From: Octopus sinensis
Lineage: Eukaryota
Reading direction: 5' to 3'
DNA length: 64,000 nucleotides
NCBI RefSeq assembly: GCF_006345805.1
Contig: NC_043012.1
Location: 9,610,001 to 9,674,000 of the forward strand
This document shows, one piece after another, positions 25,927 to 39,110 of the stretch (positions are counted from its first letter, which is position 1; each line of letters opens with the position of its first letter). The translations under genes were made by a program, and so were the position numbers. Below the pieces are notes generated by a model. The model saw only the letters and a list, made by a program, of their open reading frames with translations. It was not told the origin of the DNA and did no database searches.

Positions 25927-26290
25927 GTCAGAGCTCAAATTCCGCCGGGGTCGACTTTGCGATTGCCTATTTCAGGGTCGATAAAATAAGTACCAGTTGA
26001 AAAATATTGTCCATGTAATCGTCTTAACCCCTGTCCTTAACTTGATCCCCTGGGACAAAAATCTGAAATCATTGTTATTTGTATTATGCCTAAGGCGGCG
26101 TGCTGGCGGAATCGTTAGCATGGTTAGAAAAAATTTTCTGCCTAAACGTTCTGAATTCAAATTCCGTGGACATGGCCTTTGCATTTCATCCTTCAGGGGT
26201 GGATAAAATAAGTACTGGTTGAACACTGGGGTCGATGTAATTGACTCGTCTTTTCACCCAAAGAGACTGGTTTTTTTGCCTGTAATCGAT
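25683..26290 (+). mobile_element. SINE family B cluster (three copies in ATT spacers)
   Basis: Copies start near 25683, 25930 and 26093. Confidence 0.85.
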
Positions 26291-27234
26291 AATACGATAT
26301 ATAATGAACTTACTGTATACAGTGTTCAGGTGCACCACGACTCATAGAAAGTGTTATTACCATTATTATTGCTATTATCTGGTGGAAATTGCGTTGGAAA
26401 ACGAAAATACATCATTCATTTCTTATTAGGTTTAAAAACATGTGACATGCAGCAAGGCAGCAGATGTTTGCATGATTTTCTTTCTTTATTCTTTGAATTT
26501 CTTTGCATTAAAGTAGAAGTTTTGTGGAGAGGGTCCTGTTTCATATTCATCACAGACCTAACGTAAGACTTGAATAATTGACATCGTTCTAATATACGGC
26601 GGTACTCTCTTTAGTACAGCAACAGGGATTTGAAAATATTGCTTAAGCTTTTATTTAAAAAGAAACCAACAAAACACAATCACAATATCAAATTTCCATA
26701 GTTTGTAGATAATCTCATAAGCTTTTGTGTGATTCACAAAGTTGAGAGAGAAAAATATTAAAAAAGATGAGTAAGAAATAGACCTCGCTTTGTTCATGAT
26801 AAAACACACACAAAAATTTCCATTATTCAGATTCGATTTATATATTTGGTTCTGTTTTTGTCTTCTGTAAGTATTAAAATGTCTGTTCATACTAATATCA
26901 CGTGTCCACGGATCTTAACAGAGTATGTTGAATTCTCAAAATGATGAATGTTCATGTGAGATGTTTAAATTTTATGTTTAATCATTTATGTTTTAGTTTT
27001 ATATATTTATTTTTTTTTTATTTTCGCCATTTTAGTTTCACCAACGTTGTCTGAAATGGAGTTGGCAGTTGATAGAGTACATTAATCATTCGGCTTTCAA
27101 TGCAATCCATACAGTATTGTCATTTAAACTTCCTTGCCATACGATAATGCTGCTGCTGCTACTGTTGATGAATATCAAGATCATGTTGATAACAAAAATA
27201 ACAATTATTATTATATTTATTATTATTATTATTC

Positions 27235-27340
27235 ATTCCGCCGAGGTCGACTTTGCCTTTCATCATTTGGAATCGATAAAATAAGTACCAGTTGACACAG
27301 AGAACGATATAATCCACTCATTTCCTCAACCAAAATTGCT
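27235..27340 (+). mobile_element. SINE family B, 5'-truncated
   Basis: ATTCCGCCGAGGTCGACTTTGCCTTTCATC...AATAAGTACCAGTTG. Confidence 0.8.
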
Positions 27341-27343
27341 AGT

Positions 27344-27640
27344 GGAGGCACATAGCCTAGTGGTTAGAGCTGCGGACTCGCGGTCGAGGAATTGCGGGTT
27401 CGAATCACAGACCGGGCGATGTGTGTGTTTATGAGCGAAACAACTAAGCTCCACGCGGCTCCGGCATAAGGTAATGGCGAACTTCTGCTGACCCTTTCGC
27501 CACAACTTTCTCTCACTCTTTCCTCCTGAATCTTGCAGCTCACCTGCTACGGACCGGCGTCCGTCCAGGTGGGGAACCTATACGCCAAAGGAACCGGGAA
27601 AACCGTCCCTTATGAGCCAGGCATGGCTTGAGAAGGAAAA
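27344..27640 (+). mobile_element. SINE family C (OR-type), tail variant 1
   Basis: A box TAGCCTAGTGG, B box GGGTTCGAATC; tail as in 13787-14082. Confidence 0.88.
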
Positions 27641-27791
27641 AAAAATGCTGCTCTTGTGGTAAAATCTAAAACTATTATTATCATTCACTCTTTTTAATCA
27701 TTTCACTATATGAAAACCACCATAGTTTATATCTGTCTTTGTATTGTCCACCTCAAACTTCGGCTTTGTGATAAATAAATGAAATCCTTAA

Positions 27792-27852
<61 letters not shown>

Positions 27853-27854
27853 TT

Positions 27855-28630
27855 CGCCGGGATCGAAATAGACTCTCATCCTTTCGGGGTTGATAAATTA
27901 AGTACTAGGTTCGATGTAATCGACTGGTCCCCTCCTCCAAAATTTCAAGGCATTGTACCATCAGTAGAAAGGATTATTATTATTATTATTATCATTATTA
28001 TTATTATTACGGCGGCGATCTGGCAGAATCGTTAGCACGCCGGAGGAAGTGCTTAGCGGTATTTCATTTGCCACTACGTTCTGAGTTCAAATTTCGCTGA
28101 GGTCGACTTTGCCTCCATCCTGTCGGAGTCGATAACAATAAGTACCAGTTGAACACTGGGGTCGATCTTATCAACTCATCTCCTCCCCCAAAATGGCTGC
28201 CCTTGTGGCAAAGTTTGAAACTATTATTATCATTATTATCAAGGCGGCGAGCTAGCAGAATTGTTAGCACGCTAGGTGAAATGCTTTGCAGTAATTCAAC
28301 TTCCGCTAAGGTCGATAAAATGACCCCCTTTTGGGTACCAGGTGAATATTAGGGTCAATGTAATCGACTTACCCCTTCCCAACAAAATTACTCGTCTTGT
28401 GCCAAAATTTGAAACCACTGTTATCCGGTGAGCTGGCGGAATCGCTAGCACACTGGACGAAATGTTGAGCAGTTTTTCGCCCGTCGCTACATTGTGTGCC
28501 CTAAAGACAACATTGCCTTCCATCCTTTCAAGGTCGATAGTTTAAATACTATTGAAGCACTGGTGATAATGTAATCGACTAGTCCCCTCCCACAAAAATT
28601 TTAGGCCTTGTCTCAATAGTCGAAAGGATT
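27855..28630 (+). mobile_element. SINE family B head-to-tail cluster (four copies)
   Basis: Copies near 27855, 28010, 28243 and 28428, each bounded by ATT repeats. Confidence 0.85.
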
Positions 28631-28639
28631 ATTATTACT

Positions 28640-29579
28640 ATCATTATTATTATATGCTTCACTTTTGCTTCGAATTTGTACAAGTTGGCTCACCCAGAGA
28701 CCTCAAGAGACAACAAGTTAGAAGTTCGGATTAGTGTTACGCCTAAGGTGTCATTTATTTAGTTTTGTACATAGTTTTGTTCTAGAGAATGTTTAAGAAA
28801 ACATGGGAAAATAATGAGTTTGTTTTAAAATTTGAGATTACATAGACAGTATTTTACGTGAACACTATCTTTTGAATGTTTGCCATTTTGGGGTTTCCTG
28901 GTATTTGAGCTAGGTAGCAATCGGCCCCTTTTGCTATCATTCCTAGGACACCTATGACAACAGATAGTGTTTTAGTCTTCAGGTTCCACATTTTGCCAAT
29001 TTGAAGATCTGTTTAAAGATCTTTATACTTGCTCAGTTTTTGGTAGGTCTTGATAGATACATTTAAATCGATTGGGACAGTCATATCAATGAGGAGACAT
29101 GATGTTTGTCCGAAGTCTTTCAATATAATTTCTGGCCTATTTTCATCTACGTTTCTGTCAGCTTGAATGGTGAAGCTCCAGAGGACTGGAGGTGGTTTGT
29201 GTTGGGGCAGTCCAGGTTTTTTCAAATGACCCAGTGGATATATTGTGTTGCTCTATCATGCCTATGGAGATACTCTGTAGGTGCAAGAAGACTGCACATG
29301 AAGACAACATGTTCAATGGTTTCATTTTGTTGTTGACGTACACGACATGTTGGTCTACTGCCGTTCTTTAATATGTTGGCCTGGTAGTTTCTTATAGGCA
29401 GGCATTGATCTTGGGCTGCTATGATAAACCCTTCTGTTTCTGATTCTAAGCCAGAAGCCATTAACCATTGATGGGTAAGGATTTTGTCAGCATTATTAGT
29501 TCTCTTTGGGTATTTGCCATTGAGAGATTATTCTTGCCATTGCTTTTTCTGTGCTTGTTTCCAGTATGTCTGATTCTGG

Positions 29580-29580
<1 letters not shown>
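28640..29580 (-). mobile_element. R4/Dong-clade 3' end (CCHC knuckle, restriction-like endonuclease, 3' UTR)
   Basis: ETEGFIIAAQDQ, CRV...ETIEHVVFMC..LA.TEYLHRHD, NRPEIILKD...LLIDMTVPID.NV..K..QKLSKYKDL, VVIGVLG. Confidence 0.92.
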
Positions 29581-29636
<56 letters not shown>

Positions 29637-29691
29637 CGTACATTATGTAAAACATGTATATAGATATATATCACACACAGAAGAATAGTAT

Positions 29692-30045
29692 ATGATGAGC
29701 AATGGAAATTCCATTAAACCATTGCGGGCCTTTATAATGTTAACGATTCTTTTATTAGCGAGAACAACAATATCGACGATATCAACACTCACAGACAACA
29801 CCAAAATAACAAAAAGACAAAATATTTTCGCCAATAGAGATTCGACATGTTTAGGTTCGTGCATAACGCAATTGTCTGACAAAGTTACGTTAAGCCACAC
29901 AGCTTGTCCTTGCCCAAACAAATTACAAAGTTACATTTCTGAAAATTTGGTTGAATATTTCGGTTGCTTTTTATCAGAGAAACTAGACAAAGTATTGTCT
30001 GATATGTTGAAAGCAATCACTGCCATTCAAGGTGGTAAAGCTTAA
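29692..30045 (+). other. 117-aa ORF of unknown nature (hydrophobic N-terminus, 5 Cys)
   Basis: Non-repetitive ORF MMSNG...AFIMLTILLLART...KRQNIF...TCLGSC...CPCP; no recognised homology. Confidence 0.25.
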
Positions 30046-33000
30046 AGAGCCCTATAATTGTTTTTAGATACAGTAACAGCGACAGAAAATGAAATTGTAA
30101 GATACCTGTACGTCCCAACTTATAGGTTAATAACTTAGACCATAAAATACAAAGATGACAGTGAGAACGCCGATCGTTCAAGTTATGACATTCGTTTGGC
30201 AGTGTGAGTGAAGATTGTATGTACGAAGAATAAAAGAATAAATGTTAGATAAGAATAAATGAATAAAGAAAACTCTAAATGTTAGATAAAAGGAGGTCTT
30301 TACAAGTCACACCGAATCCGAAATGCGATCGAATCATACTGGTGCTGTGTTCATTATGGAGACTGAGACATAAGGAGAAGGAGGCTGACTAGATATGTTA
30401 ACAGAATTAGAAGTGACAGTTATGATAGCAAGATGCACTTCAGGTACGTTTGCTCTTCAGAGCTGGAAAGGCAAAAGAGAAGTGACAAGGGAGAGCAGTA
30501 AGCCCCACAACTCCAGAACCCCATCGGCTATAATTCTGTAGAACACAGACGAATTCATCATATATTATGTTCTGGAAAGTACCCGCAAGTCACATTGTCC
30601 ATCTTGTACAAACCAATACTGATAGCGAAAGGGCAATATATAAAGCAAGAATGGTACGTACCGACAATAAGAAGTCTCAGAGACTACTACTCAAGTGGGA
30701 TCACTTTTAGCACAATCAGCTGTAACTATGCAATCTGCTGAAGAATGTTCCTTATTCTCGGTGTAAGAGGTGATAACAATACGTTCTCCTCTATTCTGCC
30801 AATCTATTATACTTTTCCATCGTACGGTGACTGTATGAACTGTTATGTAAACCGAAGAATTGTAAAGTGGAAAGACACTGGAAAATGTTGGAAGACGGCT
30901 CTGCAGCATCTGTAAGGTAAAGCCTGCCAACATGAGCGTAAAACGGATCAAGAGAAAGACACTAATATGAATTTGCATAGTTCCAAAACATGGTACTAAT
31001 AGTAACAGTATAAGGCAACGAAATCACTCCCCTTGCACATCTCCTTGTCTAAATCAACTAAAACCAAAGAGGTTCGAAATACAAGAGAATCGCAATCGGT
31101 AGACATTTAGTGAGAAGCGGAAAATAGGGAATGCTTTATTTTTCCTGTTTCATATTAAAAAATGTGATTGATGGGCACGTTTTAGTTCATGAAGTTCAGG
31201 TCTACAGCATCAAGAGATAGAAGCATAAAACTTTCTATCTTACTGTTCGTTTCTCACATGTGTGTGACTGTTAGTTTGCTTCTTTATAGTTGTATGATCA
31301 TCGGGTTTTTATTCTAGGCACGTTCTTAATGTGTTTCTTTTTATAACAGCACTCATACCGCTCCCCAAGTATTATATAAATTTGTATGAGTGATCATCTC
31401 ATGTTTTTGCAAAGTCAGCGGGTTCTAACGTTTCACAAATTCTAATTATGAATAGTTTTAATGACATTGCCCTCAGCAGCTAATAAGAAAGAAGTATTAT
31501 TGTTGCTTGTGTTAGTAGGAGTGAACAAAGCTCTCGAGTTAAAAGATTCTAGCACGATGAAGACTTTTTTCTTGTTCCCCATTTCTTAATATTCTGGAAT
31601 GCTGAAAAAGCTTTCAGATTAATGACGAATCAATTCAAATTCCCTGGGGCAGAAAGGAGAGGCTTGCCGTGACATTGGTATATTTAACTCTGTATAATTC
31701 CGAGGTCGGTCATTTGTAATATTTTCTCGCATTGGTTACCTCAAAAATAGAAGGAAGAATGCTTGCTAAAATGTTGGCAAGAAATGCCTTTTAGAACATA
31801 AGTATTTCTATAGACGAAAGCAAATTTTTATAAAAGATAAAAATGACAATTTAACAAATAGAATCTTATACTGTTCCAAAAATCAATATAAAATGTATGA
31901 AAGGCAATCTCGTTATCAGCAGCGTTAACAACAACAATATTTCGTCTTTTTTTATTATTGTGATTTCGTCGATATAACCCAGCACCGCGCAAAGCAAAGA
32001 ATGTCACGGAGTATGTCAAGTAAGACAATTCCTCCTTGACTGAAGAAATAATTTATGGAACATCAAACATGAAATTAAAGTAGTTTAGTGAATAACAGCG
32101 AGATGTACCATATAATCTCGAAGAATGTGGCCGACATTTCAGAATGAAATGTAGTTGGTTGTGGCAGGACGGAAGCTTCCTCGAACATGGTTGAAGATAC
32201 GGAAGCGTGTATCAGATTTTTCTGAGTGAAGATACGTAGTTAGAGCTTGTGTCCTCATAGTATTTCACACATGCTTGTATAATAGTAAGTGTGCAGCAGA
32301 AAAAAGAAACCCAGATTCAAAACCAAAGACATTATTATTTTTGTTGACCTTGGATTCTCATTTGCTTTCTTTGGACTGTCTGGGAAAATGAAGTGCAGTC
32401 AGCGAACATGTGGTATTGCATGTGCTTCTAATTCCTAACGAGCTCAAAGGCCATGAGGTTATCTGTAGTTATTCTTCGTTATAGAACGATTACGATAGAA
32501 ATCAGACTACTGGCGCCGTAGGTATTTGATATTACAGATGTTATCTTATATGTAATTATACCGCTATCAACTAAATCTAGCATTAAGATCGATCAATCAC
32601 CTGCAGGCAAAGAATAGTCACTAATCATACTCTAGTGACTATAACAACGGAACTATATAGCGGATGCGGTTAAAATAGCATTAAAATCACAACAGATCAT
32701 CTTACTTCAAAAATTGATTAACTTTCCCTAGTACAACATGAGGAGAATGCCTTGTTTGTATAAGAAGGGGTTTACTGTCCTGAAGTAAATTTGATGGGTG
32801 AGAGTGGAAAATGTGACGTAACTGGATAAGGATACTTTAATTTTGTGGATGTAAAATGACGGCAAGAATTAGGTGACATTGACTTTGGTTAGACTTGATA
32901 ATACAGAATTGTGCGTGTGGATCTTACATGGTTGTCCCCTCCATCCTGAGGATACCTACTTACTATTTTTGCTTTATGTTGTTCTTCTTTATTTCTTTAT

Positions 33001-34688
33001 GCTGTTCTTCTTTATTGATGTGTTTTAATATCTAATGTTCACCTTCCATTTTAATCGGTAAACAAGAGCATATTTAAACAGGAGAATACTCCCGTTAAAT
33101 TTTGATGTTGTTTACAAATGTATTTTGTTTTTGTACTCTTCTCAACGTCTTCAGCAATAACATAATTCCTCATTATCTTAATCATAATCATCACTAACAT
33201 CGTTGACGTCGTTCGTATTGGTGTTATAGTTTGAACCAGATTTATAGCATTAGAAAATGAAATTTACTTTTTGAGTACTTACTAAAGATGATTATAATTG
33301 AGGAAAGCCACTTCTCTACACCCGTTAATTTACGAAACAAAGGTGGATATTCTTTTTGTTGTTTTCATCTTATTTATTTACACGGAAAAATGGCTGCCAT
33401 ACACAAATACGGGACGAGACATTGCAATAATAATCTAGGAAAAACAATACAAAAATGAAATATGCAACTGAATAATAAAAAAAAAAGAATGAACTTTGAA
33501 ACGATCAATCAGCTGGACAATATAGTCCAAGCATTGTAATAGTTTTGCAGATATCAATAACAATAACAGAGACACTCACATGGAGCCAGACACTTTAAAT
33601 CATTCATATAGTGCCTTCGTTATAGTTAAATCGCCTCAATTCTAAAATAATTGTTAGAATTAACATAGTTTCAACAAAAATGGTTGGGAGAAATTAATCA
33701 CAGTTTTTATTTTACTGCATGATCTAATGTACGAGAAAGAAAAATGGAAATGGAAAATTTCTGTTTTTGCGCTTTAGATAAGATAGAAACAAATTGAATT
33801 TTTTTAATAAAATAACCGCAAGCATTCTTGGGAATGAGAAAACCTTTCAACTGTTAATGGAAACGGGTATTGTACAATCTACTGCAATTTTAGACTCAGA
33901 TGCGACAGAGGATAAAATTGTTCGATATACTTTCACCCATACTCTTGTGTCCAAAATACGAAATGGCGATTAGAGACGTTGGCAAATAAATTAATTTGTG
34001 GCTAGTTTTCGCTCTTGTATCGCAGTGTGGACGGCTAGTTAAACAAGACAGACGAGAAACGATACACATCCGGAGGTATCTACCAATGCCTCCTGAAAGC
34101 CACAAAACCTTATGGAAACTGTTTCAGGTTTAGGAAACCGACACAAAGAGAATGAGATTGATGGCGCAGGCCAAAAATCTTAGTAACTGCATTCATAACC
34201 GCTTTATTATCTCTTGTCTGAAGAAATACAAACGATACGTAAGAAAACAAAAACAAAATGGAAGCATTGAAGATGAACTGACGTAGCAATAAAAGCGACA
34301 AAGAACAGTTTCCAGAACGGCATCACTCCAAACTCTGGGAACAGCGGGATGAATTGCTTGAATCCCAGTCCTAGAAACAAGTTAACAAATACCCTTTACA
34401 CTAATAGAAGCAAAAAGCAGCTCCACCCCATCGTCCTGTGAAAGGGAGAACGTAATGCTTGTAACAAAATGTTAAAGGAAGCACAAAATGTGAAAGGAAA
34501 CGGGTGAGGAGAACTAACACCTTCAACGCAACAATAATATTCTCTTTCATGAAAACAATTGAGAAAATGGAGAGAAGAACGATCTGAGAATCACTGAATA
34601 TCAAATACGCAACTAAAGTAAAAGTAAGAGTAAAAGAAAAAATAACATGCGCAGGAGTGGCTTTGTGGTACATACATGCATACATACA

Positions 34689-34699
<11 letters not shown>

Positions 34700-34721
<22 letters not shown>

Positions 34722-34867
34722 TTTTTTCTCTCCTTGTTTTTTTCTGTGTCCCTTTCAGTAGAAGAGCGTAGGCTTGAAACGTAAAAGATTTTTTTCTATT
34801 CCTGAGCGTTATATTAATACGTCTCTTTGTTTTATACACCACCTGTCTTCGTCTTTTGTTTTCTTCG

Positions 34868-34870
<3 letters not shown>
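34700..34870 (+). mobile_element. short element with a degenerate minimal hammerhead motif
   Basis: CTTT-CAGTAGA-A-GAGC(GTAG)GCTT-GAAA-CGTA-AAAG; homologous to 14880-15020 and 15110-15300; abuts (TA)n. Confidence 0.55.
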
Positions 34871-34950
<80 letters not shown>

Positions 34951-34967
34951 TTATATATATATACATA

Positions 34968-35200
34968 CCGGGGTCGCTTAATGAAGGGTACTATCTTCAC
35001 ATGGAAGTAGTACCCTTCACTGGGTAATGCGAATATATAACCCCGCCTCAGACACTAGTCCTCATACTTCTGACCAATCAATCTCTGACTTGTAACAAGA
35101 CCGTTCCAGCTAAAACCTCCACGCAGAGATCTGTCTCACTCTTATATGGACGGATCTAGAGAGGAATATCTCGAAATAAACAGTTACTCAAAGGAGTTGT
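34968..35200 (+). other. hairpin-headed, LTR-like segment next to (TA)n
   Basis: 12-bp perfect plus 4-bp stem at 34982-35019, then TATATAA, CCAAT and AATAAA. Confidence 0.3.
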
Positions 35201-37473
35201 GAGGCAATTGCTGCTCAAGCAATGCTTGTGCTAATGGCAGATATTGTTGCCTGATCCTGCCGTCGCGTTTCAGATGTGTCACAGAGGATACATTCAAGAT
35301 CACAATGCATGTCACATTTCCTGGCAAGCATGTATGCACCCAAATCAAAACAACACCCTAGGAAAATCTTGACCGGAGACACAAATTCTTTGAAACAAAA
35401 AGGAGACAATGACAATGATATTTGAAATAATTATTATTCATTCTTAACGAATGTTTTTTCATTAATAATCCTTCATTTAATTCCTTTAATAATTAGAAGG
35501 TAGAAACTACACAATATACTCCATAAAATGTATATTTCTCTTTGCTGCAAACTGACAATTCATTTGATAAGGAGAATGCTTAATGGTTCCTGTCTAGAAA
35601 GTCAGAGCTCTTCAAGTAATGTCCTTCTCTGCTACATGATATACCTGAGTGATCGCCATGCTAAATGCCAATTTCAATTATACACAAGTCAATGGCATTT
35701 TCTTTCGAATTACGAATACGGTAGGACAAATATATCCTTGTTAGAGAATGGCATCAGCTATAACGTATATCTTGAAGTCTAATCTGACACACGCTGCTCC
35801 AATGTAATTTATTTTCGCTGCGATTTATGAGAAAGAATTTGATTTGGTTCACAACTTATCTTTGTTTGTTAATTGCCATGCCGCATGCAAATAATAAATT
35901 CCACATTACACCAAACACACGCACACACACGCATATGTGGATGTGTTTGTGTATACAGAAAGAGTACTTATGTGTAACACACAGAATAGTGGTGCAAACC
36001 TGTTCTCTTTGTATTTTTAGACGTAACTACGTGAGTTTCTATTTAATTATATCACAGTTCTATCGATGGTGTAAAAAAGATGCTGCATATATTTTCTCCT
36101 TCAAAATATGTAATTAAGATGTAAGAATTGCTATCTGTCAACAGCTATGTTTTTATCACTAAATTTTCTCGAAATCCACCCGAAAAGTAAAGCTTCAACA
36201 CTATGAAAACATTTACGTCTTCTTTTCAGCTTGTATCGTTACTCAAAATACGTTATCAATATAATTTTGCTTATTGCATATCGATATATTGAGACTTCTA
36301 CAAAATAATTGCATTATCAATTGTTTGGAAATGTTGAAAAGCAAACGTCTACTGAAGAAGATATTTTTAAATAGAAATCTATCGGAACTGTTGTTATTCA
36401 CATTAGGGAAAGTGTTTAATCACGCCTATTGCTTATCACACCGCCTAGTCTATTCCTAATTCTACATTATGAACAAAAGTTTGGTGTTCAGCTTCGATAA
36501 ATTTATTCAATTATTTTCTTAAGGAAACTTCTGTTGTGAGTGAAATTTTCATAATCATCTTAATAAGTAGTGTCTAACAACACTTGGTTTTGAAATTCGT
36601 ATGAAAATGGTGAGGTGCAAAGATACCACAGTAGATTCTAATTCGGTAGCTTTTAAAACTAATTCGTTTAAAACTCGAATGCTATCTTCTCCCAGGGGTT
36701 TGTGTTAGTCCTGGTTTCTTCAATTTATTTAAGCCAACCAATTATGAGGCGTACACTGAACATCGTTCTTTTGTGCAAGCTAGGCATATTTCCACAATAT
36801 CATTTTACAAAGCAGCAGTATATCATGTTTTATACCCAAATTCAAAAAGGCAAATATTAAATATTTTATTTCCGTAATACAGGCATTATAAACACGTTCT
36901 TATACTATTTCGGAAAAGCTTCTTTCGAAAGAAGATAAAAGGGAAAGAAGGGATAAAAGGTAAAGATAATAAAAATTACAAACAGGAAAGGTATTTTATC
37001 AAATGTTTCACCAATTATGATATCGATAGATTTAGTCCACTTCCATGAAAACTGAACATAAAACATAAACCGATAAAAGTTCCAGTTATATGCCAAATTA
37101 TAGATGCAAATCGTAACCTTTATGGTCAGCTTTCACTTGAGTGATTTCATGGTCATTTTGCAGAAAAAGCCCTTGAAAAGTAATTCCCACATGTGCCACA
37201 GTGTTCTTCAATGCAATCCATTTTTATTCCTTCTTTTATTCTATGACAGCTAACAGTACATGCATTTATGTATATCCCTGTCGCACGCATCAACTTGGAG
37301 AACGTGAAATATTAAGAAGGACAACTTCATATAAAATATACGCACGTGCTTTTGTAAGTACACGCGATTCCCATCACAGTATCTACGTATGTATATATGC
37401 ATGTATCTATATGGATATGTGTGTGTGCACGCATGGACGTGAGTGCGTGCATGTGTAAGTATATATGTATATA

Positions 37474-37565
<92 letters not shown>

Positions 37566-37615
37566 GAACATTCCCAATACATAAGTATATATATGCGTGC
37601 GTGTGTGAATGTATG

Positions 37616-37675
<60 letters not shown>

Positions 37676-38229
37676 GACATACACAAACCTGGAGAATGCC
37701 TACATATATGTATGTATGTATTTATGTATGTATGTCTCTATCTATCTATCTATTTTGGGCTCTCTGTCTCTCTCTGTCTCTCTCTCTCTCTCCCTCTCTC
37801 CGTCTCTCTCTGTATCTATCTATCTGCCTCTTTGTGTCTTTGTTTCTCTAACTCGCTGCCTATCTTTCTCTGCTTCCCTCCCTCTCTCTCTCTCACTCTC
37901 TCTCTCTCTCATTCTCTTTCTCTTTCTTTGTAAATATATATGTGCTTGTACATAGCCCCACGCACACTTGTGTATTTATATGCATATTTATGACTGCACA
38001 TGCACGACAAATTTAATGCATATTTTATTATTTGTTTATGTATTTGCTTATTAATATATGCAAGTTTGTGCCAGTGATATTTTGCCACATATCAAGGAGT
38101 TTGCAAATTTATGTACTGCAATAACGTAACGTTAATGACTTTCATTATAAAACTTTTTATGCTGTACACGTAGCCCACGCATTTTATTTTTATTCGCAGT
38201 TAGCAACATAATTTCCGTGAAATTCAACG

Positions 38230-38264
<35 letters not shown>

Positions 38265-38585
38265 GAAATAATACATTTCTAAATATCTCAGAGAGATTTA
38301 TGCAGTAGTGGTACGATAAAGTACTTGTATACTGTCAACTTAATGTGACAGTCCCATGAAGGGAATAGTACTACTGCTATATAACCCTAGGAAGCCGCAA
38401 CGCTTCCTGTCGACCTTGACACATTTCCTGTGTTCTTATGTTTACAAGAGGGAGATAAGCATCTCCACCCAGCTAAGTCTGTAGGCAGAGATTAGTTTCT
38501 GAGTATTTGCTCGTCATTAGTTTGGAGTAGTATGGCCTGCTAGTTGGAGATACCTATCTAGCTCTTGTAATCATATATATGTATG

Positions 38586-38707
<122 letters not shown>

Positions 38708-38740
38708 GCGTGTGTGTTTGTGTGTGTGTGTGCAGAGTTG

Positions 38741-39110
38741 CAATGGTCTCGGTGGTTAAATGCAGCACACTCGCGGTTGTAGGATCGCGGTTTCGATCCC
38801 CAGGTCATGAGAAATGAAACCTAATTAACTATAATAATAATAATAATGCGTTATATTCTTGAACAAGACACTTTATTTCACGTTGCTCCAGTTCAGTCAG
38901 CTGTAGAAATGAGTTGCGACGTCACTGGTGCCAAGCTCTACTGGCCTTTGCATTTCTCTTGGACAATATGGCTGGTGTAGAAAGGGAAGGTTGGTATGCA
39001 TGGGTGACCGCTGGTCTTCTATAAACTATCTTAAACAGGATCGTGCCTCGGAGGGCAACTTTCTAGGTGCAATCCCATAGTCATTCACGATCGAAGTGAG
39101 GTTTTCTCCC
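38741..39110 (+). mobile_element. SINE with OR-type tRNA head and CORE-like domain
   Basis: CAATGGTCTCGGTGGTTA...GGTTTCGATCCC head, short AAT insert, then CTTGAACAAGACACTTTATTTCACGTTGCTCCAGTTCAGTCAGCTGTAGAAATGAGT resembling the MIR/CORE domain. Confidence 0.6.

Noticed and set aside
27344-27415. tRNA-Arg-like sequence with A and B boxes (also 13787, 38741, 46371)
   Set aside because: No complete cloverleaf, and each continues into a SINE body.
27780-28640. Repeat-spacer appearance suggestive of a CRISPR array
   Set aside because: Units are long divergent SINE copies with ATT linkers in eukaryotic DNA, and there are no cas genes.
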